Assembly: GCA_963745025.1 (NCBI GenBank)
Contig: CAVUWD010000016.1
Span: 1,077,507-1,141,506 of the forward strand
Direction of reading: 5' to 3'
DNA from: an uncultured delta proteobacterium
Lineage (GTDB): Bacteria; Desulfobacterota; Binatia; JACPRU01
Length of the DNA stretch: 64,000 nt
Positions 1 through 11,175 of the stretch are shown here, in pieces. How positions within the stretch are numbered: position 1 is the first letter of the stretch; each line of letters begins with the position of its first letter. Made by a program: the position numbers and the translations under genes. A model generated the notes under the pieces. It saw only the letters and a list, made by a program, of their open reading frames with translations, was not told the origin of the DNA and did not search any database.

Positions 1-1451
1 GGGCATCGACGTCGGGGAAGTGCGCCGGAGCCACGCCAGAGTCTCGGAGCGGCCGTTCGACAGCGCGTGGAAGTTCACGCGCGTCACCGTCGAGGAAGGC
101 GGCCGGCTGATCAGCTACCTCAAAGGGGCGCCCGAAGTCATCCTGGATCGCTGCACGCTGCCTCAGCCAGAACGCGACTCGTGGCGCGAAAAGGCCGATG
201 CTTACGCGCACGAGGGATTCCGCGTCCTGGCGGTGGCGTGGGCGCCGGGAGAAGCCGAGCAGCACCTGACCATGCTCGGGCTGATCCTGTTCTGGGACCC
301 GCCGCGGCCCGAGGTGCGCGATGCGATGCGGCACGCGATCGATGCCGGCATCCGCGTGATCATGATCACGGGCGATCACCCGGCGACGGCGCTCGCGGTT
401 GCGCGCCAGATCGGGATTCCCGGCGTGCAGGTGCTGACGGGCGAGGATCTCCGCGACTACGACGAGACCTCCCTCAAGGCCGCGCTCGGCGAGGTCAACG
501 TCTTCGCGCGCGTGCATCCCGATCAGAAGCTGCGTCTCGTCGAGGCGCTGCAGGCGGACGGCGAGATCGTCGCGATGACCGGCGACGGCGTCAATGACGC
601 GCCGGCTCTGAAGCGCTCCGACGTCGGCGTGGCCATGGGCGAGCGCGGCTCGGATGTGAGCCGGGAGGTCGCCGACCTGGTGCTGCTCGACGACAACTTC
701 GCCACCATCGTCGGCGCGGTCGAGGAAGGGCGAAGCATCTACGAGAACATCCAGAAGTTCCTCCGCTTCCTGTTTTCGACCAACCTGTCCGAAGTGCTGC
801 TCGTGTCGGCCGGCGCGGTGCTGTCCTACGCCCTGGATCTGCGGGACGCGTCCGGCGATCTGTTGCTGCCGCTCACGGCGGCGCAGATACTCTGGATCAA
901 CCTGGTCACCGACGGACTGCCGGCGCTGGCTCTGGCCTTCGACCGCACACCGGGTGTCATGCGGCAGCCGCCCCGGCCGCCCACCGCTCCGCTGCTGGAC
1001 CGGCCGTCGGTGCAGTTCGTCGTGGGCGCGGGGACGCATGAAGGCGCTGCTGGCCCTGGGGCTCCTCGGCCTCGTGCCGCAGCTCGGGTTCGACACGGAC
1101 ACGGCGCGGGCGGTCACGTTCCACTTCATGGCGATCGGCCAGCTACTGCTGACGTATCCGTCGCGCCACACGTGGACCAATCCCCTGCCGAACGCCTACC
1201 TGCACGCCGCCGTCGCCGGCGGCATCGCGATCCAGCTCGGCGCCGGGGCGGTGCCGGTGGTGGCCGCGATGCTCGGGGGGGCGAGCCTGCCCCTTCTCCT
1301 GTGGGGCCTCGTCTTTGCCTCCGCGCTGGTTTCCTGGACGGTGGCCGAGGCGTGGTCGCGGCTCGTCTGGGGGTTAGAGCGGCGGCGCACGAGCGGGCGA
1401 TTACCTGGATCCTCTTCCTTGGCGTCTCCGGAGCCAAGGGAACCGGGATGA
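1..1451 (+). pseudogene. Cation-transporting P-type ATPase (type IIA-like), 5' end outside window, frameshifted near 1030-1040
   Basis: KGAPE, DPPR, MITGD, MTGDGVNDAPALK and QILWINLVTDGLPALAL motifs in frame 20..; C-terminal TM helices (MKALLALGLLG...NAYLHAAV) continue in frame 954..1451. Confidence 0.85.
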
Positions 1452-1722
1452 ACGAGCGATCACGTGTGCACGCCGTGGTCGGTGGCACCGTTTTCACGCA
1501 GGACGCCGGGAGGCCCGACGTGGCGGCATCGCGCGCCGCAGCGTCGGGCGTACCGCTCCGTCGCCGATTCGTTCAGGCAACCAACGCGTCGCCGAGGCCT
1601 TCTATCTTTCCAGCGCGCTTGAGACATGAGACTAGGTGCGGATGTTCTGAAGCTAGTGCCCGCTCGCTAACTTGGCGGGCTCGGTGTCGGGAGAGATCTC
1701 GCGGGAGGTGAAACAGGTGAAA

Positions 1723-2709
1723 ATGGAATTCGGACTGCAACTGGCAAACATGGAGCCGGCCCAGTTTCGGGCCAACGCGCAGGCGGCCGAGGCGCTCGGT
1801 TACGACCTGATCGTGCTTCCCGACCACATCGTGCTCGAGGGACCGGAGCGCCAATCCGATCCGCACGCGCTGGCCTACGACGCGATCGTGATGGCAGCGG
1901 CGCTGGCCGACGCGACGAGGAAGATTCGCATCGGGCACCTGGTGCTCTGCAACCTGTTTCGTCATCCCGCCATCACCGCGCAGTCCCTGATGACGCTGGA
2001 CCGCGTGAGCGGCGGACGGCTGCTGGCAGGGCTCGGCACGGGATGGACCGAGACCGAATTTCAAATGACCGGAATTCCTTTCCCGCCGATCGCCGAGCGG
2101 CTGCGGATGCTGGACGAAGCCCTGGCCTGCATCATTTCGCTGTGGACCAACGAGCGGACCACGTTCGCCGGCGAATTCTACAGATTCAGCGACGCGATCC
2201 TGTGGCCCAAGCCGGTACAGAAGCCGCGTCCGCCGATCATCGTGGGCGGGGGCGGCAAGGGTCTGCTGCGCATCGCCGCGAAGTACGCCGACTACGTCAA
2301 CCTCATTCCCGACGCCGGCAAGGCTGGAAAGATCTCGCTCGCGAACTTGAAGCGGATGACCGACGACGCCTTTCGCGGAAAGGTCGGCTTCGTCCGCGAG
2401 GAGGCGAAACGCTGCGGGCGCGATCCCGACGCGATCAAGGTCAGCAATTTCGTCTTCACGCTGACGATCACCGACTCGCGCGAGGCCACGCGCAAGACGG
2501 CCGAGATGATGGGCCCGGCGTTCGGTCAGACACCAGAAGGCATCCTGGCGTCGCCGATGTCGCTCATCGGCACGCCCGACGAGTGCGTCACCGAGCTCAA
2601 GCGGCGCGCGAAGAACTGGGGCGTCTCGCAATTCATCTTTTCCACCTTCATGGGGATGGATGAGAAGACCATCCGCCGGCTCCGCGAGAAAGTTATCGCG
2701 CACGTCTGA
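1723..2709 (+). CDS. LLM-class (luciferase-like, probably F420-dependent) oxidoreductase
   Basis: MEFGLQL start, PDH motif, LDRVSGGRLLAGLGTGW, PKPVQKPRPPIIVGG. Confidence 0.9.
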   Translation: MEFGLQLANMEPAQFRANAQAAEALGYDLIVLPDHIVLEGPERQSDPHALAYDAIVMAAALADATRKIRIGHLVLCNLFRHPAITAQSLMTLDRVSGGRLLAGLGTGWTETEFQMTGIPFPPIAERLRMLDEALACIISLWTNERTTFAGEFYRFSDAILWPKPVQKPRPPIIVGGGGKGLLRIAAKYADYVNLIPDAGKAGKISLANLKRMTDDAFRGKVGFVREEAKRCGRDPDAIKVSNFVFTLTITDSREATRKTAEMMGPAFGQTPEGILASPMSLIGTPDECVTELKRRAKNWGVSQFIFSTFMGMDEKTIRRLREKVIAHV

Positions 2710-2924
2710 ACGATCGGGAAGCGAGGAGTTTGAGCGCGGAGCAGCGTCGGCGAGGCCCCAGCCGGAGGTCGCGGAGGCCGCGCTCGCGGCGGCGGCGTCT
2801 TTGCAACGGTCGTTGTTGCGCGCTGAAGCCTGAAACCTATAGTGTCCGTGCGCAGAAATGCGGATTGTTCGTCCCACCCGCAGCCACCGTGTCGTCGATG
2901 ATCGATTCGAAAGTGGAGGAAGAT

Positions 2925-4448
2925 ATGAGCGTACCCGCACTCACGCCTGAACAACTGCTCGAAGCTGCCGACGCCGTGGGGCTGTCGCTGACCGACGCAG
3001 ACGTAACCTCCTATCTGGGCCTGCTGAAGCCCTTTGTTGATGCTTACAATCTCGTCGATCAGATGCCGGACAATCTGCCGGTCGTGAAATATCAGCGCAC
3101 GCCCGGGTATTTCCCTCCGGCTTCGGAAAACCCGCGCAACGCCTGGTACGTGAGGACGTCCATCAAGGGCGCCGCAAGTGGCAAGCTGGCAGGCAAGAAA
3201 GTCGCCATCAAGGACAATGTCATGGTGGCAGGCGTACCGATGATGAACGGCAACGCGATCCTGGAAGGTTACGTTCCAAACATCGATGCCACCGTCATTT
3301 CGCGCATCCTCGATGCCGGCGGCGAAATCACCGGCAAAACCCACTGTGAGAATTACTGCATCTCGGGGGGCAGCCACACGGGCGCCAAGGGTCCGGTACA
3401 TAATCCCTACAAGATGGGATATTCCGCGGGTGGCTCATCGTCCGGCAGCGGGGTCGTCGTGGCGCTCGGTGAAGCGGACATGGCGATCGGCGGCGACCAG
3501 GGCGGCTCGATCCGTATGCCGTCCTCGTGGTGCGGGATCGTCGGCATGAAGGCAACCCATGGCCTCGTACCCTACACGGGGATCATGCCGATCGAGCCTT
3601 ATATCGACCACACAGGCCCAATGACGGCGAACGTCAAGGCGAACGCGACGCTGCTGGAAGTCATCGCCGGCATCGATGGCTATGATCCTCGACAGTGCCA
3701 TGTCAAACAACACGGCACCCTCGATTATTCTTCGCAGATCGACGCCGGCGTCAAAGGCATGAAGATCGGCGTGGTGAAAGAAGGCTTCGGACACCCGAAC
3801 TCCGAAGCGGACGTGGATGCGAAGGTGCGCAGCGCCGCGCTTCAGCTGCAGGCGCTCGGCGCACTCGTCGAGGATGTATCGATCCCGCAGCATCTGCTGG
3901 GGGGTGCGATCTGGACACCGATCGGCGTCGAAGGCCTCACGCAGACCATGATGTTCGGTGATGGTTATGGCCTGTCGCGGCGAGATCTGTACGTGACGAG
4001 CCTCATCGACAAGCTCCACGGCTGGGAATTGCGCGCCGATCAGCTCTCGGAAACCACCAAGCTCCTCACCGTCTTCGGCGTGCACATGAAGAAGCATTAT
4101 GGCAGTCGCTTTTACGGCAAAGCCGTGAACCTCTCGCGAATGCTGACAGCGGCCTACGATGCGGCGCTCGCGAAGTACGATTTACTGCTGATGCCGACCA
4201 TGGTGTTGAAGCCCACGCCTTTGCCTCCGGCTGACGCGCCACGCGAACTGTACGTGCAACGCGCGCTAGAGATGATCGGCAACACCTGCCCCTTCGATAT
4301 CACGCACCATCCCGCGATGACGGTGCCGTGTGGGATGTCGGACGGTCTGCCGATCGGAATGATGTTGATCGGAAGACACTTCGACGAGGCAAGCGTATAC
4401 AAAGCTGGCTACGCGTTCGAGCAATCGGCCGACTGGAAGACGCGATGA
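2925..4448 (+). CDS. Amidase (amidase-signature family)
   Basis: AIKDN Lys, GGSSSGS and GGDQGGSIRMPSSWCG signature; GGAGGA RBS before ATG 2925. Confidence 0.92.
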   Translation: MSVPALTPEQLLEAADAVGLSLTDADVTSYLGLLKPFVDAYNLVDQMPDNLPVVKYQRTPGYFPPASENPRNAWYVRTSIKGAASGKLAGKKVAIKDNVMVAGVPMMNGNAILEGYVPNIDATVISRILDAGGEITGKTHCENYCISGGSHTGAKGPVHNPYKMGYSAGGSSSGSGVVVALGEADMAIGGDQGGSIRMPSSWCGIVGMKATHGLVPYTGIMPIEPYIDHTGPMTANVKANATLLEVIAGIDGYDPRQCHVKQHGTLDYSSQIDAGVKGMKIGVVKEGFGHPNSEADVDAKVRSAALQLQALGALVEDVSIPQHLLGGAIWTPIGVEGLTQTMMFGDGYGLSRRDLYVTSLIDKLHGWELRADQLSETTKLLTVFGVHMKKHYGSRFYGKAVNLSRMLTAAYDAALAKYDLLLMPTMVLKPTPLPPADAPRELYVQRALEMIGNTCPFDITHHPAMTVPCGMSDGLPIGMMLIGRHFDEASVYKAGYAFEQSADWKTR

Positions 4449-4623
4449 GATCGCGCGGAGCCGCTGCGTAGCACGCTCGTTGGGCGTTGTCCTCGTGCGC
4501 GACCGCCACCCCGCTGCGTCAGCGGCGGGATTGCATCGCGAGTTCGGTGCATCAGGCCTTACCGACGGTGACCTGGAAGACCGGCCACCGGGCTCTTCAC
4601 CCGGCAGGAACGGCGGCGAGTAT

Positions 4624-4733
4624 TTGGACCTTGATCACGTACGCGCCGACGTCCGCGAGAATGCAGCCGCACATTGGTCCTGCCCAGGTCCTCGTCGTCT
4701 CCACGACGCGGACTCCGGCGAGCGGCCCGGGAA
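4624..4733 (-). pseudogene. N-terminal shard of CaiB/BaiF family CoA-transferase
   Basis: Manual translation GPLAGVRVVETTRTWAGPMCGCILADVGAYVIKV matches the family III CoA-transferase N-terminus; no continuation. Confidence 0.7.
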
Positions 4734-4838
4734 AGTCCCTCTAGGCGTCGCGGTAGAACGCGGACTCTCCATCGCGCGAGCGATCTATAGCCGCGCGATA
4801 AAAAGGACACGGAGGTCGACGTTCGATCGACCCGCTTC

Positions 4839-5618
4839 CTATTTCGGACTGCCCCCTTCGCCACTGGAAGTCTCGCCGCCATCGCCGCTCGACCCACTCG
4901 TGCCGCCGCCGTCCCCGGACTCGCGCTCGACGCCCACCGAAGCGGCTTCGACGTCTCCGTCGCTCCGCACCTCGCCGTCGACCTCGGTGGATTGTCCTGC
5001 GGACAGATCGCCGCAGGCGACCGGGTTCCCGTCCGGGTCGCGCACCACCGCGTCACCGAGCAGCACGGTATAGGTATTGCCGTCGGTGGGCGTCTCGCGG
5101 CTCACCATCGTCGCCGCGTCCCGCCGGCAGTCGGTGCCGTTCACCACCCCCCCGAAGCGCACGTGCTGGTTGTCGGCCGTCGCCTGGCTCGTTCGCTCAT
5201 CGAGATGGACGTTGATGACCCTCACCTCGCCCCCGCGCGGAACGACGATGACGAGGCGCGCGCGGCCGCCGTCGGGCAGGTCGAAGACCATCCCCACGGG
5301 GCCCGCGAAGTCGCCGCGCAGCGCGAATTGCCCCTGTCCGTCGGTGCGCGTCGAGAGCGTCGTTCCCTCGATGCTGACGCCGATGTCCTCGAGCGCTCCA
5401 CGCGCGAGAGCTTCGCGCTCAGGGCTGAGCCAGCCGAGCAGCCGCGCGATCATCGTCGGCCTCGCCGCGCCCGACGCCGGCCGTAGCGCGGTGTTGAGGC
5501 TGGTGACGTTGCCCAGTGCGGCCGTGCTGATGCCCGTCCCGCTCGAGCCTCCGTCACAGCCGGCGATGGCGATCGCCAGCGACGTGGCGAGCGTGAACTC
5601 GCTGAGAATGTTCTTCAT
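4839..5618 (-). CDS. Exported lipoprotein, DUF5666-like OB-fold domain
   Basis: Lipobox IAGC followed by GGSSGTGI; CGDLSAGQSTEVDGEV...VEAASV pattern; acidic Gly/Ser tail. Confidence 0.65.
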   Translation of the reverse strand: MKNILSEFTLATSLAIAIAGCDGGSSGTGISTAALGNVTSLNTALRPASGAARPTMIARLLGWLSPEREALARGALEDIGVSIEGTTLSTRTDGQGQFALRGDFAGPVGMVFDLPDGGRARLVIVVPRGGEVRVINVHLDERTSQATADNQHVRFGGVVNGTDCRRDAATMVSRETPTDGNTYTVLLGDAVVRDPDGNPVACGDLSAGQSTEVDGEVRSDGDVEAASVGVERESGDGGGTSGSSGDGGETSSGEGGSPK

Positions 5619-5859
5619 AGCGCGCTTCGAGCATGCCGAACGGCACTCCGGAGGCCGGCAGGCGGCGGACGATCGGGCGCAGCATCTCGACCGAGCCTCG
5701 CAACAAGCCCTCTTCGTTCTCGCGGGACACGCGGCGACCCTAGCGCAGTGGCGGGCGCAGCGCTAGAAAGTAAATGGGAAGTTTTACCATTCTTACCGAC
5801 GACGCCGCGTCCCCAATGTAAAGTCGGTCGTAGGGCGAGCCGCTGTTGAGGGACCGGAA

Positions 5860-6177
5860 GTGGTCGTGGTTCACACGCATGACCCATCGGGTAACCCCCG
5901 CACGAGGCGCACATGGATCGCCTACAATGAGGGTTTCGCGTGGATCGAGGCCGCCAACCCGGACCGCGAGTTCTATCGCGACATCGTGGCCAACCCGGAG
6001 ATCGAGGTCGGACGCCACGGCGAGTTGCGCCGCTACCATGCGGTGCCGCTCGCCAACCCCGACGGACACCAGATCATCCGCCGGCTGCTCGCCGAGAAGT
6101 ACGGCTTAGCCGACTGCTGGATCGGCCTGATCGCCAACACCTCGCGTTCGGTCGCCATCCGCCTGGAGCCGCGCTGA
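5860..6177 (+). pseudogene. N-truncated deazaflavin-dependent nitroreductase-like (split-barrel) protein
   Basis: VVVHT...RTWI...WIEAANPDREFYRDIVANPEIEV...LAEKYGLAD; no clear start or RBS; 3' end duplicated at 35,510-35,620. Confidence 0.5.
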
Positions 6178-6197
6178 ACGGCGCCGCTTCGTGCGCC

Positions 6198-6241
6198 CCG
6201 TCAAAGCGGGCAGAGATGGGGAAGTGCCGACGTCCGAGATC
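6198..6241 (-). repeat. Dispersed repeat copy C (CCGTCAAAGCGGGC...AGTGCCGACGTCCGAGATC on + strand)
   Basis: Reverse complement aligns with 61,032-61,074 and with the 70-bp repeats at 34,287 and 35,441. Confidence 0.8.
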
Positions 6242-6274
6242 GACCGTTATGTAGCGTTCCGGCCCTTGTTGCCG

Positions 6275-7282
6275 CTATCCCACCGGATAGAGCCCGCGCG
6301 ACTGCGCCAGCAGCCGCACCAGACCGTACAGCGCGTCGATGTTGGGCGTCGGCTGCCCCAGGTGCCGGCTGATCTCGCGCACCGCGCCGATGAGCGCGTC
6401 GATCTCCAGCGGCCGCCCGGCCTCCAGGTCCTGCAGCATCGAGGTCTTGAACGCGCCGAGCTTCCTCGTCACCTCGTGGCGCTCGTCGGGCGTCTGCCCG
6501 ATCGCGCAGCCGAACTGCACGCCGACCGTCTGCGCCTCGCGCATCACCGCGCTGCAGAAGCCGCGCACCAGTTCATCGTCGAGGATGCGGTCGCAGGTGG
6601 CGCCTGTGAGCGCCGATACCGGGTTCATGGTCATGTTGCCCCACAGCTTGAACCAGATGTCGCGCTGGATGTGCTCCGACACCGTGACCGCGAAGCCGGC
6701 CCGGGAGAGCAGGGATTCGAGCGTTGCGATCCGCCCGCTGCGGCCGCCCGCCGGCTCGCCGATGATCAGCCCGTTGCCCATCACATGCCGTACCATGCCC
6801 GGCTGCGGGGCGGTGCTGCCCACATGCACCACGCAGCCGATCGCGTGCGCGGTGGGAATCACCGCGCGCAGGACGCCGCCCCGATCGACCGACGAAAGTC
6901 GCAGCCCCGCGCACGGCCCGGTGGAGACGCCGTCGAAGAACCACCAGGGCACGCCGTTCATCGCCACCAGCACCATCGTCTTCGGCCCGAGCAGCGGCGT
7001 CACCTGCGGGGCCACGCCGACGAGCGCCGGGCCCTTCACGGCGATGACGACGAGATCCTGTTCGCCAAGGACGCTTGCGCTGTCTTCCGCGCGCAAAGGC
7101 ACTCCGCGCACGTCGCCGGGTGCGGCGGCGCTTTCGATACGCAGCCCGTCGCGCCGCAGCGCCGCGAGCGTCGCCCCGCGGGCGAGGGCGCTCAGCTCGA
7201 CCTCACCCTTCGGGATGCGGCTGCCGATCCAGCCGGCGAACAGTCCGCCGATCGCGCCAGCGCCGACGATGCACACTTTCAT
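6275..7282 (-). CDS. panE: 2-dehydropantoate 2-reductase (ApbA/PanE family)
   Basis: MKVCIVGAGAIGG Rossmann, IWFKLWGN, TSMLQDLEAGRPLEIDAL. Confidence 0.88.
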   Translation of the reverse strand: MKVCIVGAGAIGGLFAGWIGSRIPKGEVELSALARGATLAALRRDGLRIESAAAPGDVRGVPLRAEDSASVLGEQDLVVIAVKGPALVGVAPQVTPLLGPKTMVLVAMNGVPWWFFDGVSTGPCAGLRLSSVDRGGVLRAVIPTAHAIGCVVHVGSTAPQPGMVRHVMGNGLIIGEPAGGRSGRIATLESLLSRAGFAVTVSEHIQRDIWFKLWGNMTMNPVSALTGATCDRILDDELVRGFCSAVMREAQTVGVQFGCAIGQTPDERHEVTRKLGAFKTSMLQDLEAGRPLEIDALIGAVREISRHLGQPTPNIDALYGLVRLLAQSRGLYPVG

Positions 7283-7419
7283 CTCCAGGTTCGCTTCCCA
7301 CCGGCGCTCGCCAGAATGCGCTTACCCTCATCCAGGTGCACGCTGCACTCGGGCGGCAGCTGAGCGTAGGAGATCCCGGCGAAGAGTACGAGGGCAAGGA
7401 GTGCGAATTGAATCCGTTT

Positions 7420-7527
7420 GATGCGGCCGACCTGGTCATCGAGCGCCGTGATCATGCCGGCATAGATTTGCCGCATCGGATCCTTGATCGCGTCCTTGTA
7501 GGCATCGACGTACTTCGGAGGGGCTTG
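7420..7527 (-). pseudogene. Internal shard of an arylsulfatase
   Basis: Manual translation QAPPKYVDAYKDAIKDPMRQIYAGMITALDDQVGRI, typical of arylsulfatase B-like enzymes. Confidence 0.6.
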
Positions 7528-7535
7528 GTCGTCGT

Positions 7536-8240
7536 TTACGGGCTCGGCTCCGAATGAGAGAACTTGGAGAGCGAATCGGTCTCGACGGTACCAGAGCCGG
7601 CCCGATGCACGGCGATCTTCGCCTGCGCGTCCTGCAGCAGCGACTTCAGTTTGGGATCCGTTTCGGTCTCGCTGAACTTTTGTAAGTCGTCGTGCACCGT
7701 TTCATCTCCGATCTCGCCGATCACACGGATCGCCGTAGCTCGAACCTTGGGATCGGCTTCGCCCTGCGCGAAAGCGAGGACGCGCCGTGCGGACGCCGGA
7801 TCCCTGATCCTGCCGAGCGCCACGAGAATGTGTTGGCGCAGCACTGCGTTCGTGCTCGCCAGGAAGAGCTTCTCGGACAAGATGTCGCAGGCCTCTTTCA
7901 CGGCGAGCTTGCCAAGGGAGTCGACCGCGGAGGTCGCAACCGCTGCATCCGGATTGTCGATCGCTCGGATAAGGTATTGATTGGCAGTCGGATTTCCAGA
8001 TTCCGCCAGTAACTTGACCGCCTCGAGCCTCCGACCGGGGTCTGGGTCTTCCAAGTGGCGCGCCCACTCCTCGATCGTCTCTCCCATCGTGCCTTTCTGG
8101 TAGCGCACGGACACATCCGCCGGGTCCTTGGTCGAGCCCGAAAATTGGTTCGGAAGGTGACTAGAGGTCGAAAGCTGCGCGCGTCCCGGGGACTCTGCGA
8201 GTAGCCAGAGTGCGAGCGTAACCAGAACGACGGTCTTCAT
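7536..8240 (-). CDS. Exported HEAT-repeat protein
   Basis: Signal peptide; repeated D.D..VR..A...LG.IGD units; GGAGG RBS. Confidence 0.75.
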   Translation of the reverse strand: MKTVVLVTLALWLLAESPGRAQLSTSSHLPNQFSGSTKDPADVSVRYQKGTMGETIEEWARHLEDPDPGRRLEAVKLLAESGNPTANQYLIRAIDNPDAAVATSAVDSLGKLAVKEACDILSEKLFLASTNAVLRQHILVALGRIRDPASARRVLAFAQGEADPKVRATAIRVIGEIGDETVHDDLQKFSETETDPKLKSLLQDAQAKIAVHRAGSGTVETDSLSKFSHSEPSP

Positions 8241-8539
8241 TTTTCACCTCCTAGCGGCGGGGGCGCGTGGCCGACACCGACCTCGGCAGCCTTGCGGCAC
8301 CACTCGATCGCCTGCGCATCGTCTTGAGTGACGCCCTTACGCGTGAGGTACATGAGCCCCAGAGCATGCGCCGCGTTTCCGTCCCCCTATTGTGCTGCAG
8401 AGAAAAACTCTCGGGAAGCGGCGGCATCGTCGCCGCGCTGATAGTCCTCGACACCCTGCTCACAGCCCGCATGCCCCGTTTCCGGCCAGAAGGCAATCAT
8501 GAGGAGTGCGCCCGCAGCCAACCACGTTGTTTTCGCCAT
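8237..8539 (-). pseudogene. Sel1-repeat exported protein with in-frame TAG at 8387-8389
   Basis: MAKTTWLAAG...REFFSAAQ*GDGNAAHALGLMYLTRKGVTQDDAQAIEWCRKAAE; its stop overlaps the HEAT gene ATG. Confidence 0.75.
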
Positions 8540-8721
8540 GAGATCTTCCGTAACGTTCAACCCGCTCCGGCGGCTTCGGTCTCCTTCACACGCAGGCCGC
8601 GATGACAGAGATACATGACCACCGGTGATCGCCAGCCCCCCCACACAATTGGCAATGCGGTTGGCGTTCACGAAAAGGGAGAGTATGGAGTGGCAGCCGC
8701 CGCGCAAACGGAGAAGACAAG

Positions 8722-9627
8722 ATGGAGTTCGGACTGCATCTACCGCACATCGGACCGATGGCGACGCGGGAAGGAGTTCTCGACATGGCGCGCGCGGCCG
8801 ATGCAGCGGGCATCGACTCGCTCTGGACTTCCGATCACATCATCGTGCCGCGCGACTATGCCTCGACATATCCGTACTCGCCCTCGGGCAGAATGCCGGT
8901 TTCGGATGATACGCCGTTTCTCGAAGCCGTGTCGACATTGCTCGCCGTGTGCGGCGTGACGCGACGCGCTCGGCTCGGCACCTCTGTCATCGTCCTCCCG
9001 CAGCGCCAGCCGATCCTCGTCGCGAAGCAATGGGCTACGCTCGACGTGCTGTCCGGCGGGCGAACGATTTTCGGCGCGGGCGCAGGATGGCTGGAAGAGG
9101 AGTTCGCGGCCCTCGGTGTCTCGTTCAAGGATCGCGGTGGCCGCTGCGACGAGGCACTCGAAATCCTCCAGCGCTGCTGGAAGGAATCCACGGTGACGTT
9201 CCAAGGCAAGCATTTTCAGATCGACCGGATCGCGTGCGAGCCAAAACCGATACAGCAACCCCGGCCGCCGATCTGGATCGGTGGGCACACGCCGGGTGCC
9301 TTCCGCCGGGTTGCCCGCTACGGGGACGCCTGGCACGGAGGTGGTACCGTAGATGTCTGCCGCGCCGCGATCGACGCCGTTCGCGCGGAAGCGGAACGGA
9401 TCGGACGCGACCCGCGCACCATCGGGCTGACGATCCGCGACCGTGGCGGAATCGACATCTCTACTCGCGAGGCGCGCCACAAAACGATCGAAAGGTTGCT
9501 CCCGTATGCACGCCTCGGGGCAACGCACTTCGTATTCTTGTCGTTCGATCCTCCCGAGAAAGTCGGGGAGACAGTGCAAGCGTTGCAAGAGGAAATCAAG
9601 CCAGCGGTCGCCGCCGCACGCGCGTGA
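8722..9627 (+). CDS. LLM-class F420-dependent oxidoreductase (TIGR03619-like)
   Basis: MEFGLHLP, WTSDHIIVP, ATLDVLSGGR..GAGWLEEEF, PKPIQQPRPPIWIGG. Confidence 0.9.
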   Translation: MEFGLHLPHIGPMATREGVLDMARAADAAGIDSLWTSDHIIVPRDYASTYPYSPSGRMPVSDDTPFLEAVSTLLAVCGVTRRARLGTSVIVLPQRQPILVAKQWATLDVLSGGRTIFGAGAGWLEEEFAALGVSFKDRGGRCDEALEILQRCWKESTVTFQGKHFQIDRIACEPKPIQQPRPPIWIGGHTPGAFRRVARYGDAWHGGGTVDVCRAAIDAVRAEAERIGRDPRTIGLTIRDRGGIDISTREARHKTIERLLPYARLGATHFVFLSFDPPEKVGETVQALQEEIKPAVAAARA

Positions 9628-9851
9628 AGTGATTCTCGCGCAAATCATTCCGTTGAATCTGCCGACGAAGAGCGCGCGGATCATCCTTGCAGCTTCGCGT
9701 TGCCAAGGCGCGAAACCGTATCCCGGTCCATCGACGAGGCGATGCTTCTCTGCGGTTGCTCGAAGCTCGGCGATATCGGTCGATGGCCGCTCGCACCATA
9801 ACGGTGCGTCGTTGAATCGTTGAATGGTTGAAGCGTGGTGGTGAACTTGGA

Positions 9852-11062
9852 ATGTCCGAAGCTCGGTCACGCGCAGGAGTTGTAACCGCAATCGCGGCGC
9901 CGTGGCCTTCGCCGTGGGTGCGCGGTCCAGCCTGGGACGGATTCTGGATGCTCAGCGCGCTCTGGCTCGCGCCGATCATCCTGTGGCTCTCCCACGGATA
10001 TGCCGACCCGCAGGACAGCCCTCTCGATCTGCTCTACTTCGGCCTGACCGCGCTGTTCTGGATCGGTCATCGGTTGTGCAGCACGTACCTCGCCTACTGC
10101 ACGGAGGCGTATCGGCCTCTCTTGCGAACTCAGCCGGTGCGGTTCGTCGTGCTCCCGCTGCTGGTGACGGCCGGGTGCTTCGCTGTCTTCCTGCCGTCGG
10201 ACACGGCGTTGCCGTGGAGCCGCGAGGAGCGCCTGGTGGCGCTCGCAATCCTCGACTATGTCTTTGTGACGTACCACTTCGCGGCCCAGCATTTCGGCGC
10301 GCTCTCTCTCTACCGCACGCGGGTCGGACGCAGCGCCTGCACTGCGCACGAGAACGCATGGATCGGCTCTTCGCGCTGGGCGTCGGCGGCGTGCTCGTCT
10401 TCCTGGCAGACATCCTCGCTGGAGCGGTCGCCTACCAGGACCAGTGGGTCGATCGCTGGCTCTTTCCCGCCTGGCTCGTGTCGGCACAAGATGGGATCCG
10501 CGCAGGCGCCACGCTCGTGCTGCTCGCCGCGACGGCCGCCATGCTTTTCGTGGAGTTGCGCGCGCCGCGATGGTCGCTGCCGCGCGTGCTTTACGTCCTG
10601 GGAATCGCGGCCATGGTCGCCATCGCCCTCCGCCCGCGGAGCCTGTTTCTCTTCCTCGTGATCTGGACTTCGCAGCACTGGATCCTCGCGACGGGACTCG
10701 CTTCCCAGACGCCGGTCGGCGAGCCCGCTCCCATGCGCGGTGTGGTGCGCCGGGTGCTCCACGCATTGAACACGCGGCCTTGGGCCATCCTGCTTCTTCT
10801 CGTGGTTGCGTCGGTCGTGCTCTTGCCCCTCTTCGAAGTCGAAGGGAACCGGCAGGACGGTACCTATTATGGGGATCGGATATTCGGCGCCATCGCGACG
10901 GGATTGCGTACGTCTCCGTGGGTCCCCGCGCTCCTGGCCCTCGGCTTCGCGACGGGGTTCATCCACTACCTCCTCGATCGGAGCGTCTACCGACTGTCGG
11001 ATCCCCAGGTCCGCACGGCGGCGCGTGGTCTCCTCGCCGAAACGGGTCCATCGCCGATGTAA
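9852..11062 (+). pseudogene. Polytopic membrane protein, frameshifted near 10,340-10,350
   Basis: Hydrophobic helices with HFAAQHFG in frame 9828..; continuation with QHW and FIHYLLDR in frame 9902..11062. Confidence 0.65.
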
Positions 11063-11175
11063 CGGTGACGTTCGACAAAGACGGCAAGCCGTAGCCGGCG
11101 TAGCAAGAGCCACAGCGATTCGCTATCCTTTCGCCGACTGCTTCCGAGTGGCTACGCCGCTCGGCCATCGATCCC

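Noticed and set aside
20-1711. 563-aa ORF as a complete P-type ATPase
   Set aside because: After ~1035 the translation is off-frame, low-complexity Arg/Ala/Pro; the true C-terminus is in frame 954..1451.
8387-8389. TAG readthrough (pyrrolysine or recoding) in the Sel1, selenoprotein and cyclase shards
   Set aside because: TAG serves as a normal stop in intact genes here (mscS, purF, purB); these TAGs are explained by single CAG/TGG to TAG mutations in decaying genes.
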